Positions 11,590 through 23,282 of a stretch of DNA of 39,121 bases are shown piece after piece. Origin of the DNA: Octopus bimaculoides (taxonomy: Eukaryota). The stretch's first letter is position 1; the number at the start of each line of letters is the position of its first letter. Under the pieces are notes generated by a model. That model was given only the letters and a program-made list of their open reading frames with translations. It did no database searches and was not told the DNA's origin. The position numbers and the translations under genes are program-made. The DNA is taken from contig NC_068991.1 in assembly GCF_001194135.2 (NCBI RefSeq), positions 68,012,344-68,051,464 on the forward strand, read 5' to 3'.

Positions 11590-11758
11590 CACATTTGAGT
11601 GGAGAGCTTAGTTGATAGCACTGACCCCAGAACCTGGCTGATATTTCAATTTATTGCCCCCGGAAGTAGAGAGAAATTTGATCCTAGTGGGATTTGAACT
11701 CGGAGCATAAAGAGCCGGAACAAATGGTGTAAAGACATTTTTTCCGACGTTCTAATGA
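11590..11758 (-). mobile_element. SINE family A, diverged
   Basis: Plus strand gggatttgaactcggagc (reverse B-box) and ttttccgacgttctaa (reverse head). Confidence 0.7.
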
Positions 11759-12458
11759 ACATCTCCGCTTATAAATATTTCACGAATACTTCTCTTTGTC
11801 AATAGATGTCTATGTTCTTGAAGAACACACGCACGCGCACACGGAAGCACACGCACGCACACGCACACCCAAATTATAATCAAATCACAATATGCATTAA
11901 TTTATGTACTTTCTATATTTCCTCTTGATATCTACATTACTAGAAGGTTGATAAAGAGGGCGTTGCCTGAACTAATTATGGGGAGCATAGTTTACTATAA
12001 TTCAAACTTTTCCCTTCAATCTGAAGTTGTATTTAACTCGCGCAATTTACATGATTTACTACTTGTTCATAATGTACACATGTGTGTGTGTTGTGTGTGA
12101 GAGCAGAATTACACACGCACGCACACACACACATACACACACACACACGCGCGCACACACACATACACACACACACGCACACACAACGTATTTATATAAA
12201 AGAATACAAAAATGGGACAAAAACGCAAAACATCCAGACAGCTAGATGATAGAAAAAAGGGACAAGAAAAAACAAGAACGGATCATTCGGAGCTTTCTTT
12301 CCTCAGTCAAATTCCGGATTATCTTTGCAGTTTCGGCAGGCTATACTCGAGACTGCTTCAATCTGGCCAGCCCCAAGAAAATCTAAGCTAAGTGCACCAT
12401 ATTACTTGGAAGAAAGCAGCGAATATATACGAAAAGAAGTACGGAAAAAAAAGGAGAA

Positions 12459-12570
12459 ATGGTACACAAATGCAAATGCAAACAACAAGACATTAACAAG
12501 TGTCTTTCGACTAAGGAAGAATTGAGGGACCAATTCTGCCGAGTAAAAAATGGCTATAAGAGGAATCAAG
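12459..12570 (+). CDS. Candidate coding exon (MVHKCKCKQQDINKCLSTKEELRDQFCRVKNGYKRNQ), possible start of gene 2
   Basis: ATG 12459, 37 open codons, donor AAG|GTTAGC. Upstream acceptor ctttctttcctcAG at ~12306. No homology recognised. Confidence 0.22.
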
Positions 12571-13569
12571 GTTAGCAGATATGGAGGCAATTATGCGAAT
12601 ATATATATATATATATATATACTTGAAGAATAGATCAATATTTTAAACACGTATGAAAGACACGACTATGTTTTAGTTTAATCTTTTCATTTGGGCTATA
12701 TTTATGTTTTCGAGACTCTAACAGTTCAATTACGACAATAAGGCCACTAAATCTATCGTAATCATAAATCTATCGTAATGCGTGAGCGTGATAAATTGCG
12801 TGGGGCTGTTGCTGTGTGCGTATCGATGCTGGATGATCGAAGAAAATTGGTGCGACGAACAAATTTAAGTTGTCGTATTTGGTACTATTTGAGTTCCGTC
12901 TCTTTGGGCTAAGATCTACTTGACTATTAGGTCTTTATAAAATTAGTACTATGCAGATTGTCTTGAAGACATTTAACTCCATAATCAACTGCACAGCAGT
13001 TCTCCATAAATATTTTCCTTCTCGCTGATTTCGGAAGAGTTCTTCACATCTGTGGAACAGTTTAACGTCTGCGAGTTTGCATGATTTTTTTTTCTCTCCA
13101 ATATAATCTTAACAGATCTGTTGTATTTGCACTAGTTTGATGGGGAATGTTCGGTCATTATTCATTGTGTTCATATTTATATATGTATTCAGTAATATAG
13201 TATATTCTACACATACACACATACACACACATACACACACATGCACACGTGCACACACATACACACACATACACGCACATACATGCACACATACACACAC
13301 ATACACATAGACATACACATACATACACATACATACAAAACATACACACACATACACACACATGCATATGAGTGATAGTTTATGACACGTAAGGGATCTC
13401 TACAGTGAATTTGATTCTCTAGCTGAATATCATTGTCTTTGAAGGTGCTTTCAGTTGGTATAAGGACAAAGGAAAACATAGTGTTCTATAAACAGTGGCT
13501 AATACATTATAGGTAGATTAATTCTTTGACTTCATATTTGTTGAGAAACCCTTTTAATACTGTATTTCC

Positions 13570-13752
13570 TCAACCCTTTCATTACTGTATTTATTTTGAA
13601 ATGCTCTGTGTTTCTTTCAATTACTTTAAATATAACAAAGAATTCAGTAAAATAACTTAGTTATCATTAAGCTGGTGTTAGGAACATAAATTGTGGCTAT
13701 GGTTTGGTGGAAGTTTTTAATTTAGGACTTTTGTAAACAAGACATTTGTACT
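13570..13752. mobile_element. Possible piggyBac-type MITE fragment (left end only)
   Basis: Begins tcaaCCCTTTcattac, resembling a TTAA-CCCTTT terminus. The right TIR is not seen, and the assignment rests partly on recall. Confidence 0.3.
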
Positions 13753-13927
13753 ACATGTATATATGTGTGTACGTATGCATGTATGTATATGTCTCTCTCT
13801 ATACACACACGCGCACATATATTTATAATATATATATATACATACGCATACTTATATATGTATATATGAATCCATTGTAAATGAAGAATCCACTGGAGTA
13901 CAACAAAATGGCGTCATATAATATGCA

Positions 13928-13974
<47 letters not shown>

Positions 13975-14116
13975 NNNNNNNNNNNNNNNNNNNNNNNNNN
14001 NNNNNNTCTCTCTATCTATTAAATAACGAAAAATTATACCAAGACACACAGTTGTCATTTCCTGAAAACGATTGCATTCATAAAAATGCCAGAAGAACTG
14101 GAAGGTTAGACATCAG

Positions 14117-14178
14117 CTGGATATAAGTATGAAAAATTGATATTTACCTTAAATGTATACACCGAGGACAATACAGCC
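14117..14178 (+). CDS. Candidate exon (xGYKYEKLIFTLNVYTEDNTA)
   Basis: Consensus donor GCC|GTAAGT at 14179 and open frame phase 1-0 compatible with 12459-12570. The acceptor (catcAG) lacks a pyrimidine tract. Confidence 0.22.
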
Positions 14179-14355
14179 GTAAGTCACTGAGTGTTAAAAT
14201 TCGATTTAAATTTCCCAGAATTCTAATCTCCAATATTTATGCGTAGTGCGTCGACAAATACAGTTTTAGCACATTTCAGGGCTGTTAGCATTAATATTTC
14301 TCAAAAGTTCTCAATGGATTCTTAGAATGCATTGCGAAATAAATAAAGCAATAAG

Positions 14356-14387
<32 letters not shown>

Positions 14388-14954
14388 CTGCTCGGGTGCT
14401 CCACAAACTAAATTTAGAGCGATATAACTTGATTTTATACGTGGTCAGTTGTTCTGCTTGTGTCGCTATAAATGCGACAAATTTTCAGAAATACAAATAT
14501 ATCCAAGTATAAATATATGCTAATTTAAATATATATATGCATTGAATTTTTCTTTTTTTCTTTTATTCAAATAGTATAAATATTATATTAAGTTACAGCG
14601 CTATAAGTAATACTATATTTATACTTATTTCAATCCTTATTAAATAAGCTAACTTTAATTCATATCACAGCATATAATTGCCAAATTAGACACAGTTACC
14701 TAACTTCATTAAAGTGAATACACAGACAAATGTATACAAAAATAACTTATTATACATAAATTAATTTAATTATAATGCGATACTGTTAACTATTAAGTGA
14801 ATAATGGCACAAATATTTTTAAAGGAAAATATTATTTACACAATTCTAATTAATTAATTAATTAGTTAATTAATATATACTTAATTTAGTCATGCATCCA
14901 TCGATGAAGATGACTGGTACCTCTCATTCCAATGTAACAGATTATGATACAGAC

Positions 14955-15144
14955 GCAACGCCAGCAATTTTGAGGGGAGGGAAAATTGTCTATTGTAGTA
15001 CTTGACTGTTACTTCATTTTCTGGAGCCCAAAAGAGGAAAGGCAAAGTTGACCTCGCAGGGATTTGAAGTCAGAATGTGAAAGCCTGGATCAAATACCTT
15101 AATTCATTTTTCCGACGCAGCAACGCTTTTTCCGGCTCACCGCC
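14955..15144 (-). mobile_element. SINE family A, diverged
   Basis: Plus strand aaaggcaaagttgacctcgcagggatttgaagtcagaa and ggctcaccgcc (reverse head). Confidence 0.8.
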
Positions 15145-15159
15145 TTCTCATTTCAATAT

Positions 15160-15275
15160 AATGATTTCAAGTTTTGACACAAGGCCAATAATTTCTGGGG
15201 AGGGAGTAAGTTGATTACATCGACCCATGTGCTTAACTGGCATTTTATTTATCGCCTTCGAATAGGAGGAAAAAG
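15160..15275 (-). mobile_element. SINE family A 3' half
   Basis: Plus strand ttttgacacaaggccaataattt..gattacatcgaccc..ttaactggcattttatttatcg is the reverse of the family A tail and core. Confidence 0.75.
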
Positions 15276-16470
15276 AAAGTACGTATATGCATATGGTACA
15301 GCCGTGGTAAGTCCAAAGGATATACTATGTTATGCGGAACAGGAAAGTCAAGACTTCCAAAATGGCCACATAATATATATGTATTTTCTCTTCCCCAAAG
15401 ATTGAATTGAAATTAATATATCATTATAAGATTCCTTGCTATACTATACATACCTTCATTTTACATATTTCTTTTTATTCGCCATTTGTAATCCTATATA
15501 AATGAGATCTACAAGATATGACCATCCCCATCGTGGATTTTCAGATTGATTGAAAAGTCTTGGGATCATTAGAAATAGCTCTACCTAGTGGGGTTTTGAG
15601 ATAAAAAGTTTTCTTGGTAGTGAAGATGTTCGGCAGTGGTGTGTATGTATGTATGTATGTTTGCATTTTCGTACACATACACACGCGCGCGCGCATACAT
15701 ATACTTACAAAGAAAAATACACTCACGCATACACAAATACAAGCACACATGCACAGATATAAAGGTGGCATAACAGTGCCGAAACGCCGGCGTTGCAGAG
15801 TCCGCTTCGTCACTTTAGATGATGTGTGTTGTCAAGTTGTCAAGACATATCGTCTAAAAAGTGACGTTGTTTTCCGAGGACGAAATCTAACACCGAGAAA
15901 GATATTCACGTCCATGTGTATGAGGGCGTGTTGAGTATCAATATACACATCGTTAGAATGAAGTATTCTGTACAAAAACACAACAAAAAAAAAATATGAT
16001 TGAAGTTTGCTCAAAAAATAGTTGCCTGCTTGTGTGGTTTATATGTGTATGTACGTGCATTATGCATGTGTATTACGCATGTGTGTGTGTTGGTTTGTAT
16101 GCGTGTCGTAGCAAACATCATAGGACATGAGATTTCATTTAGAAGAAATCTGTACCAATTCGACAATTATATATGAAGATGATGAAGTGAATAAAGCGAA
16201 TACAGAAGACAACGTTGTATATTTTTTGTAAAGTCTATTTTTATAGTCGGACATGTTTCTTTATATTCTTGACAGACGCCAAATATTTACAAGAATAGCA
16301 TTCTTATAGCATTCCTATATAAAACCATTTTGTTAACTATCAGAAGAATTTAGAGCGCTCTTAATTATCATCTGCTTGTCTCCTTTTGGATAACACGTCC
16401 GACTTGATAACGTGGAGACAGCCTACATTATCACATTATTGTTTTTGTTATTATTATTATTATTATTATT

Positions 16471-16722
16471 TTATGTTTGACTTTTGTTTTGCATTTGTAC
16501 AAGTTGGATCCAAGTCTCACCCAGAGACCTCAAGAGACAACAAGTTAGAAGTTCATGTAGGTGTTATGCCTAGGGTACCATACATTTGGATTTGTACAGT
16601 TTTGTTCAAGTGAATGTTTAAGAAACCATAAGAAAATTATGTGTTTGCTTTAAAATTTGAGATCACATAGACAGTATTTTACGTAGGATATGGGCAGTTC
16701 CCATGAGCACTATCTTTTGAAC
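16471..16722 (-). mobile_element. 5'-truncated R4/Dong-clade non-LTR retrotransposon inserted in (TAA)n
   Basis: Minus strand 16722-16663 encodes VQKIVLMGTAHILRKILSM*, matching the QKxVLxGTAxILR C-terminus of RLE-type R4/Dong proteins. A ~190-nt 3' UTR follows, and (ATT)n lies on both sides. Confidence 0.85.
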
Positions 16723-16753
<31 letters not shown>

Positions 16754-16754
<1 letters not shown>

Positions 16755-16857
16755 TCTTCTTCTTCTTCTTCTTCTTCTTCTTCTTCTTCTTCTTCTTCTT
16801 CTTCTTCTTCTTCTTCTTCTTCTTCTTCTTCTTCTTCTTCTTCTTCTTCTTCTTCTT

Positions 16858-16887
<30 letters not shown>
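16754..16887. repeat. Perfect (CTT)n array of about 44 units embedded in (ATT)n
   Basis: Seen directly. Confidence 0.98.
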
Positions 16888-16915
<28 letters not shown>

Positions 16916-16920
<5 letters not shown>

Positions 16921-17286
16921 TCCGCCTTAGCGAAGGCGGAGATATTGTTTTTCAGCTGTGTTTGTTTGTTTGTTTGTTAGTTTGTCCGTGGACAAGATAT
17001 CTCAAGAACCGCAGGATAAAACTATCAGGGATGTTTGGCCTCGTGACTGGCACGAACTGATTAGATTCTTGGGATCGATCCGGTAGCGGACAAGTATTCT
17101 GGATTCTTTTTCCAGTTTGGTTTTACTTAAGTTTTGAGAGCGATCGGATTCATTTTTAGTATTCTCGTTTGTTAGAGCAGTCGAGCTTATTTCAGACATT
17201 CTCATTTAAAAAATTCTGTCTGGCTAATCGTTGAGAGAATGTTGGTGTTGCCTTGGTGGAGGTTTCCGCTCTCAGAGTACTCTTGT
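16916..17286 (+). mobile_element. Non-autonomous Helentron-associated element (HINE / DINE-1-like)
   Basis: 5' hairpin ctccgcctt-agcg-aaggcggag (16920-16941), internal (GTTT)n, 3' subterminal inverted repeat ggtggaggt (17255-17263, 8/9 to acctccgcc), short 3' stem-loop, TT-rich flanks. Confidence 0.7.
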
Positions 17287-17292
17287 TGTTGT

Positions 17293-17354
<62 letters not shown>

Positions 17355-17620
17355 ACATTTTTTATAATTATTATTATTATTATTATTATTATTACTTCGT
17401 AGTGTGTGGCACAATCCATTGTTACGTTTTCGTGCGCCTGTACATACATAACACATGTATCTCTCTGCCGTTTTCTTCGCATCGTACTCCCCCCTTTCAA
17501 CCATATCAAGTTATATTCACACATCACGAATGCCCAAACGTAGACTTGAAAATATATAATAATGCTACCAGATAAGCTTCAAACTGTATTCTGCCACGTT
17601 CCTAACGGAGTATACCATAG

Positions 17621-17664
<44 letters not shown>

Positions 17665-18014
17665 TATACTATCATTACGTGCATAGACATATATATGTGT
17701 GTATTTGTGTGGTTATGTGTGTGAGTTTGTTTGTGTATTTGTGTGTGTGTGTATGTATATATGAGATTTTATAAATGACAACGGGAAAAGAAGTTATGTA
17801 ATGAATTTCATTAGCTTACAGCTGTTTCCACTATGAGATGCAGTACATTCATAACTGAGTTCTTGTGAATCACATTATAGCACCGTCAGAGCGTAAAAAT
17901 GTTACACACACACGCGCGCGCAGGACTCTCCCGTCGAAGACAACGGTAAAATTTCCACTTATTTCTTATTTTTATTTTCCTAAAATTTTCGTTGCGTCTT
18001 GCAACCTTTTCAAG

Positions 18015-18126
18015 AGTCATCCAGCCCAAGAAATCATACGGCAAACAATTGGGGTCAAGACAGCTCCCTGGCAGGCCAGCTGTTGTGCAACTCATGCCAG
18101 TATGAAAAACACATTAAACGATGATG
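18015..18126 (+). mobile_element. Probable SINE/RTE-like 3' tail fragment ending attaaacgatgatg
   Basis: catccagcc..caactcatgccagtatgaaaaacacattaaacgatgatg resembles an RTE-type tail with a (GAT)n end; single copy in the window. Confidence 0.4.
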
Positions 18127-18167
18127 TAAATAAATGTACCTTATTGTGTAAGGATGCAGTGCCAATG

Positions 18168-18325
18168 GATGGACTTCTTTCAGTTTCCGTCAACTGAATC
18201 CACTCACAAGGTTTTGGTTGGCCCGAAGCTATAGTAGAAGACACTTGCCCAAGATGCCAGGCAGTGGGACTGAACTCGGAACCATGTGGTTCGGATGCAA
18301 GCTTTTTTTTTTACCACAAACCACG
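18168..18325 (-). mobile_element. SINE family B 5' portion (tRNA head plus CORE-like body)
   Basis: Minus strand accacatggttccgagttcagtcccactgcctggcatcttgggcaagtgtcttctactatagc; close match to 31520-31667. Confidence 0.85.
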
Positions 18326-18630
18326 TTTACACCTATCACTAAAACATACCTGCGCTCTCCTACAGGCCTTGCGTGATAAAGAAGGTAAAATCTTCTAAAC
18401 AAAAGCCTGCACCTATTGATAGCAATGGGCGGAGCCGAGTGAGAAGTTTCTCTGGTTGAAGAGACATGTGACCCGATGAATGAATGAACGAAGAGAATCC
18501 AGCGGCATGGTAAGATTTGATGATATAGTAGTTATTTCCAACGGCTCGAGGGACAATATAGAAATCCCCTTATTTTATTTCATTCATCTTTCTACTACGT
18601 AACAACGGGTATCCTACTTCTCTGCTCACT

Positions 18631-18832
18631 GAACTGGCAGAATCGTTAGCATGCCGGACAATATTCTTAGCTGTATTTCTTCTGGCTTTACGGTTTGAGT
18701 ACAAATTCCGTCGAGGCCGAATTTACCTTTCATCTAAAATATATACCAGTGATGCATTGAGGTCGATGTCATAGAAAACCTCGATCAATCAGCGCAAAAA
18801 TGTCAGACCTTGTGTTTATAATAGAAAACATT
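18631..18832 (+). mobile_element. SINE family A with core deletion
   Basis: gaactggcagaatcgttagcatgccggac head; gagtacaaattccgtcgaggccga. Confidence 0.75.
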
Positions 18833-19091
18833 ACTATCGTAGTCTCTACATATTAGGGGAATAGAGTGAATTGATGTTGCTCAAGGGGGTACGGAACTAG
18901 CATGAGGCGTCGGGGGTAAACCAGCATATGCATATACTGTCGATCCCCGCTGCTGATATCGGAGGTTGTGTTCTAGGCTTTGACCCGAGCATAGGACGGG
19001 GTTCGCCTCTTTGAGCTGGGAAATGAATGAAATGCCTGACGTGTGTCTTGTTGTGGTTACACTCTCCTAAAAAAACGGGGAAAAGCCCTGG

Positions 19092-19132
<41 letters not shown>

Positions 19133-19395
19133 NNNNNNNNNNNNNNNNNNNNNNNNNNNNNNNTATATTTATATATATATATATAAACGTATTAGGTAGT
19201 TTAAATTTTACAGACGGACGTTGAAGCAGTTTAACTAAGTAACTATGTAGATAGAGCAGTAAGCAGGGAAGTGAATAGACAATTTCTGCTGGCTGCCTCT
19301 GGTACTACGCATGTGTATAGAGGTCGGCCATTAGGTGTAGATGTAAATTATAGATGGTGTCATCCACGCTCTATTTACTTTGTGTACATAATTAG

Positions 19396-19479
19396 CATCA
19401 GAAAACTGAACAGAGAACTCTTAGGCTTATTCATCAGTTGACGCTGTGTATTTCTTATGGATATCATATTCAGATGGTG
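19396..19479 (+). CDS. Candidate exon of gene 2 (84 nt, HQKTEQRTLRLIHQLTLCISYGYHIQMV)
   Basis: Acceptor tactttgtgtacataattAG, donor GTG|GTAATT. Only frame 0 is open, giving phase 0-0. Confidence 0.33.
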
Positions 19480-19982
19480 GTAATTATCAGTTAATAAGGG
19501 TCAGAGAGAGAGAGGAGGAAGAGGAAGAGAAAAGACAGATATTGAAAGTGGAATGGACATAGAGAGAGAGAGGAAAAGGAGAGAGTGGGAGAGAGAAGTA
19601 GAGAGAATGAGAGAGAGAGAGAGATACAGAGAAGTAGAGAGAAATAGAAAGAGCAAAAGAGCGACAGAGAGATAGGTTTTACGAAAAGGAGAGTGAAAGA
19701 GAAAAGCGGTGAGAAAGAGAATGAGGGAATAAGAGAATAAGTTGAAGAGAGAGAGGGGGAGGGGGACATAGAAGGGGATAGAGAAAGGGAGAGGGGAGAG
19801 AAAGACAGAGAGTGGGAGGGAGAGAGACGGAAAGGAACGGACAAAGATGTTAGCGAGTTTTGTGTAATTGGAAGAGATTAAGGACAACAAAGCTGGATTT
19901 GGGATGCAGAGAGTAAAGGAGAAAGAGAGAGAGAGAGTGAGAAAGAGAGAGAAAAAGAAAGAGAGAGAAAAAGAAAGAGAGA

Positions 19983-20112
19983 GAAGCTGGTTTTCCAACC
20001 ATGTGATTTCAAGTTCAGTCCTACTGCGAAGTACCTCGGGCAACTGTTTTCTCTTATAAACCAGGGCCCACCCTAGCGTTCTGAGTGGAAACTGAAAGAA
20101 GCCCATTGTATC
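19983..20112 (+). mobile_element. SINE family B 5' portion, diverged
   Basis: ccaaccatgtgatttcaagttcagtcctactgcg..cctcgggcaa..ggaaactgaaagaagccc. Confidence 0.65.
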
Positions 20113-20158
20113 TATCTATGCATGTATATCTGTATGTATGTATATTTATACATTTATA

Positions 20159-20315
20159 TACGTTCTGAGTTTAAATTCCGCCGAGGTCGACTTTGCCTTT
20201 CATCCTTTCGAGGCCGATAAATTAAATACCAGCTGCGTACTGGGGTCGATCTAATCCACTGGCTTCCCCTCCCCAAAAATATCGGGCCTTGTGCCTAGAG
20301 TAGAAAAGAATATTT
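20159..20315 (+). mobile_element. SINE family A, 5'-truncated (tail type gggccttgtgcctagagtagaaaagaat)
   Basis: cgttctgagtttaaattccgccgaggtcgactttgcctttcatcctttcg is nearly identical to the core of 32678-32903. Confidence 0.88.
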
Positions 20316-21654
20316 ATTGGATCCATGTTATTTCTTCACTGGCGACTAATGTTGTAACCATTAATTATGCATAATTATTTATAATTAAGTTCTTTCGTTG
20401 AATTGTATACTTCGATTAAATTCAGTTAACATAATTACTTTATTCAGTTCATGGACATATCGTTGACACACATACACGCTCGCACATACACCCACATATA
20501 TCTGTAATGAGGTTTCTTCTTTATGATGTATATTTGTTCCTTGTAGCTCTCTAAATCGCGTATTTTTATTCATCGTTATTAATTATTTTCAAATTATATG
20601 TATTTCGAATAATCATATTGAAGTTTGATATGACAAGTTTCTGATGACCTCGAAAGAGTGAAAGCATAGTTTTTGTTGCTAAGTCACAATGATCTTTATA
20701 TATCTTTCTCTCTCCTTCCCTCTCTTTATATATATACACGCATACATATGTGTGTGTGTGTGCGTCTGCTCGCGCGCAGGTTGTAGTATCCAAGTATTTG
20801 ACTTTTTTCATGCAGGTGCATAGACAGCCAACTACGTCACATCTGTCCTGTATTATCTCTCTGACTTTGGCTGAATAAAGAAGTGAAGTTGCTACCAACC
20901 TCTTCTCTGAGTGTCGTTGCTGTTAGTGATTAACCCAGGCCCGGCAATCACTCAGCAGACCTTTAACAATAGGCGTTCCAGCCACGAAATTTTTCTTTTC
21001 TTTTTCGGCCGATTATCAATAATTACTTCGTGTTGTCCGTTATATTCTTTTGAAAGGTAATACAGTAGGGTCTAAGGGGAGCTGCGATTTCTAGCAAGTC
21101 AATCTAATACATACAGACATCTTCGTTAGGACGTTTTTCCAAGAGTGGTTATCGTGTCTCATCCAGGTTGGATCTGATTGAATAATCCTATGACCGAAAC
21201 GGTTCAGCAATGACCCATTACAGTCAAGACTAAATTAGTGATTGTCTTCCTGAATAAATGAAGGCATTTGAAGGAACTTGGATGCTATGTCTAGCAGATA
21301 GAGTGATCCCACTAAGGATTGGTCTTTCTCCTGTTGATGGTTTATCTGCAAGTAAACTGTTCTTGTATCGATTCAACGCCATATTGTTACTCATCAAAAA
21401 AATATTTTAAGAAAGCGAAAAGAAAACAACAACTAAGCATTTTACAAAGAAAACCAAGTCCAAAACTAACCAATCAAAAATTGAAACAACAATTATTGTG
21501 TTTATTCAGCCAATCGTGTGTGTCCTAGTTCCCCTACGTTGCCAGAGAGCTTTCACGACATTCGTTGTCATGGATTGTTGCTTGAAGGACACATGAGATA
21601 TCGAGAAAATTCCAGAGTTACAAGTCACCATCTCTCTCTCTCTCTACCTACCTA

Positions 21655-21671
21655 TCTATTTATTTATTTAT

Positions 21672-21734
<63 letters not shown>

Positions 21735-21877
21735 GCTAGCTAGCTAGCTATCTGTCTGTCTGCCAGTCCGTCCGTCCGTCCGTCTGTCCGTCTGTCTGAC
21801 TGTCTGTCTTTCTCTCTAACCATCCATCCATTCGTCCGTCCATTCGTCCGTCCGTCCGTCCGTCCGTCCGTCCGTCC

Positions 21878-21938
<61 letters not shown>
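21655..21938. repeat. Compound tetranucleotide array (TATT/TATC/TAGC/TGTC/CGTC/CATC)
   Basis: Seen directly. Confidence 0.95.
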
Positions 21939-22052
21939 AATACACGTGTGCGTTTGAGCGTGCATGCATGTGTGTATGTGTGCATATATGTATGTCTATA
22001 TACTTATGTACATTTGAAGAATGTAAGTGGGTTTCTCCATGTTTAGATTAAG

Positions 22053-22087
<35 letters not shown>

Positions 22088-22117
22088 TTATCTCTATCCA
22101 CCTACCTACCTATCTAC

Positions 22118-22199
22118 CTGCCTGTCTGGCTGCCTGTCTGGCTGCCTGTCTGGCTGCCTGTCTGGCTGCCTGTCTGGCTGCCTGTCTGGCTGCCTGTCT
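22118..22199. repeat. 12-bp tandem repeat (CTGCCTGTCTGG) x about 6.8
   Basis: Seen directly; the unit is a composite of three related 4-mers. Confidence 0.95.
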
Positions 22200-22232
22200 T
22201 TTCTGTTTCTCTGCACGTTAAATTGACTACAA

Positions 22233-22263
<31 letters not shown>

Positions 22264-23132
22264 NNNNNNNNNNNNNNNNNNNNNNNNNNNNNNNNNNNNN
22301 NNNNNNNNNNNNNNNNNNNNNNNNNNNNNNNNNNNNNNNNNNNNNNNNNNNNNNNNNNNNNNNNNNNNNNNNNNNNNNNNNNNNNNNNNNNNNNNNNNNN
22401 NNNNNNNNNNNNNNNNNNNNNNNNNNNNNNNNNNNNNNNNNNNNNNNNNNNNNNNNNNNNNNNNNNNNNNNNNNNNNNNNNNNNNNNNNNNNNNNNNNNN
22501 NNNNNNNNNNNNNNNNNNNNNNNNNNNNNNNNNNNNNNNNNNNNNNNNNNNNNNNNNNNNNNNNNNNNNNNNNNNNNNNNNNNNNNNNNNNNNNNNNNNN
22601 NNNNNNNNNNNNNNNNNNNNNNNNNNNNNNNNNNNNNNNNNNNNNNNNNNNNNNNNNNNNNNNNNNNNNNNNNNNNNNNNNNNNNNNNNNCACCACCACC
22701 AATATTACGCTACAATGTCCAGACCCTGACTAACAGCAGTTCTAAAACTGTTTTCAAATCTTCAAATTCTCTCTCTAACAATATTCACGTAAGATAGCAG
22801 CCATTCAAGATGGCGGCCTACACTTAAATATTTGACGGAATTTACACTTTGTTTTTCCAAGCATTTTTTAAAGACTTTTTCTATTCCACTTGCTTCTTCT
22901 TTTGCTTCTGCACTCAATAAAATCATTATTCATTTTTCTCTATTCTTTCTTTCTTCTCTTTCTCTCTTTAAATCTTTATCACTTTCGAGTTCTTTCATTC
23001 AGTTTTCATATTCTGCTTCTTGTGTCTTTTTAAACACCGGCGCTCTTCTCCTTCATTCGGCATAAACACCTTTATTCCTTTCTTTTCTTCTTTCTTTCTG
23101 TCTTTCTTTCTTCCTGTCTTTCTTTCTTCCTG

Positions 23133-23171
<39 letters not shown>

Positions 23172-23190
23172 GTCTGTCTTTCTTTCTATT

Positions 23191-23234
<44 letters not shown>

Positions 23235-23236
23235 TG

Positions 23237-23282
<46 letters not shown>

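Noticed and set aside
15767-15800. GGCA/TGCC-GAAA-CGCCGGCG-TT resembling a hammerhead 3' half
   Set aside because: No CUGANGA box at the required position upstream.
20641-20686. Hammerhead-like CTGATGA-C-CTC gaaa GAG-T-GAAA-GCA..TGC-TA
   Set aside because: The 10.1-11.1 closing pair is a C/U mismatch and stem I has only about two pairs; probably chance.
22118-22199. CRISPR-like or coding (ACLA)n repeat
   Set aside because: Head-to-tail 12-mer with no spacers, derived from neighbouring tetramer microsatellites; no cas genes and a eukaryotic context.
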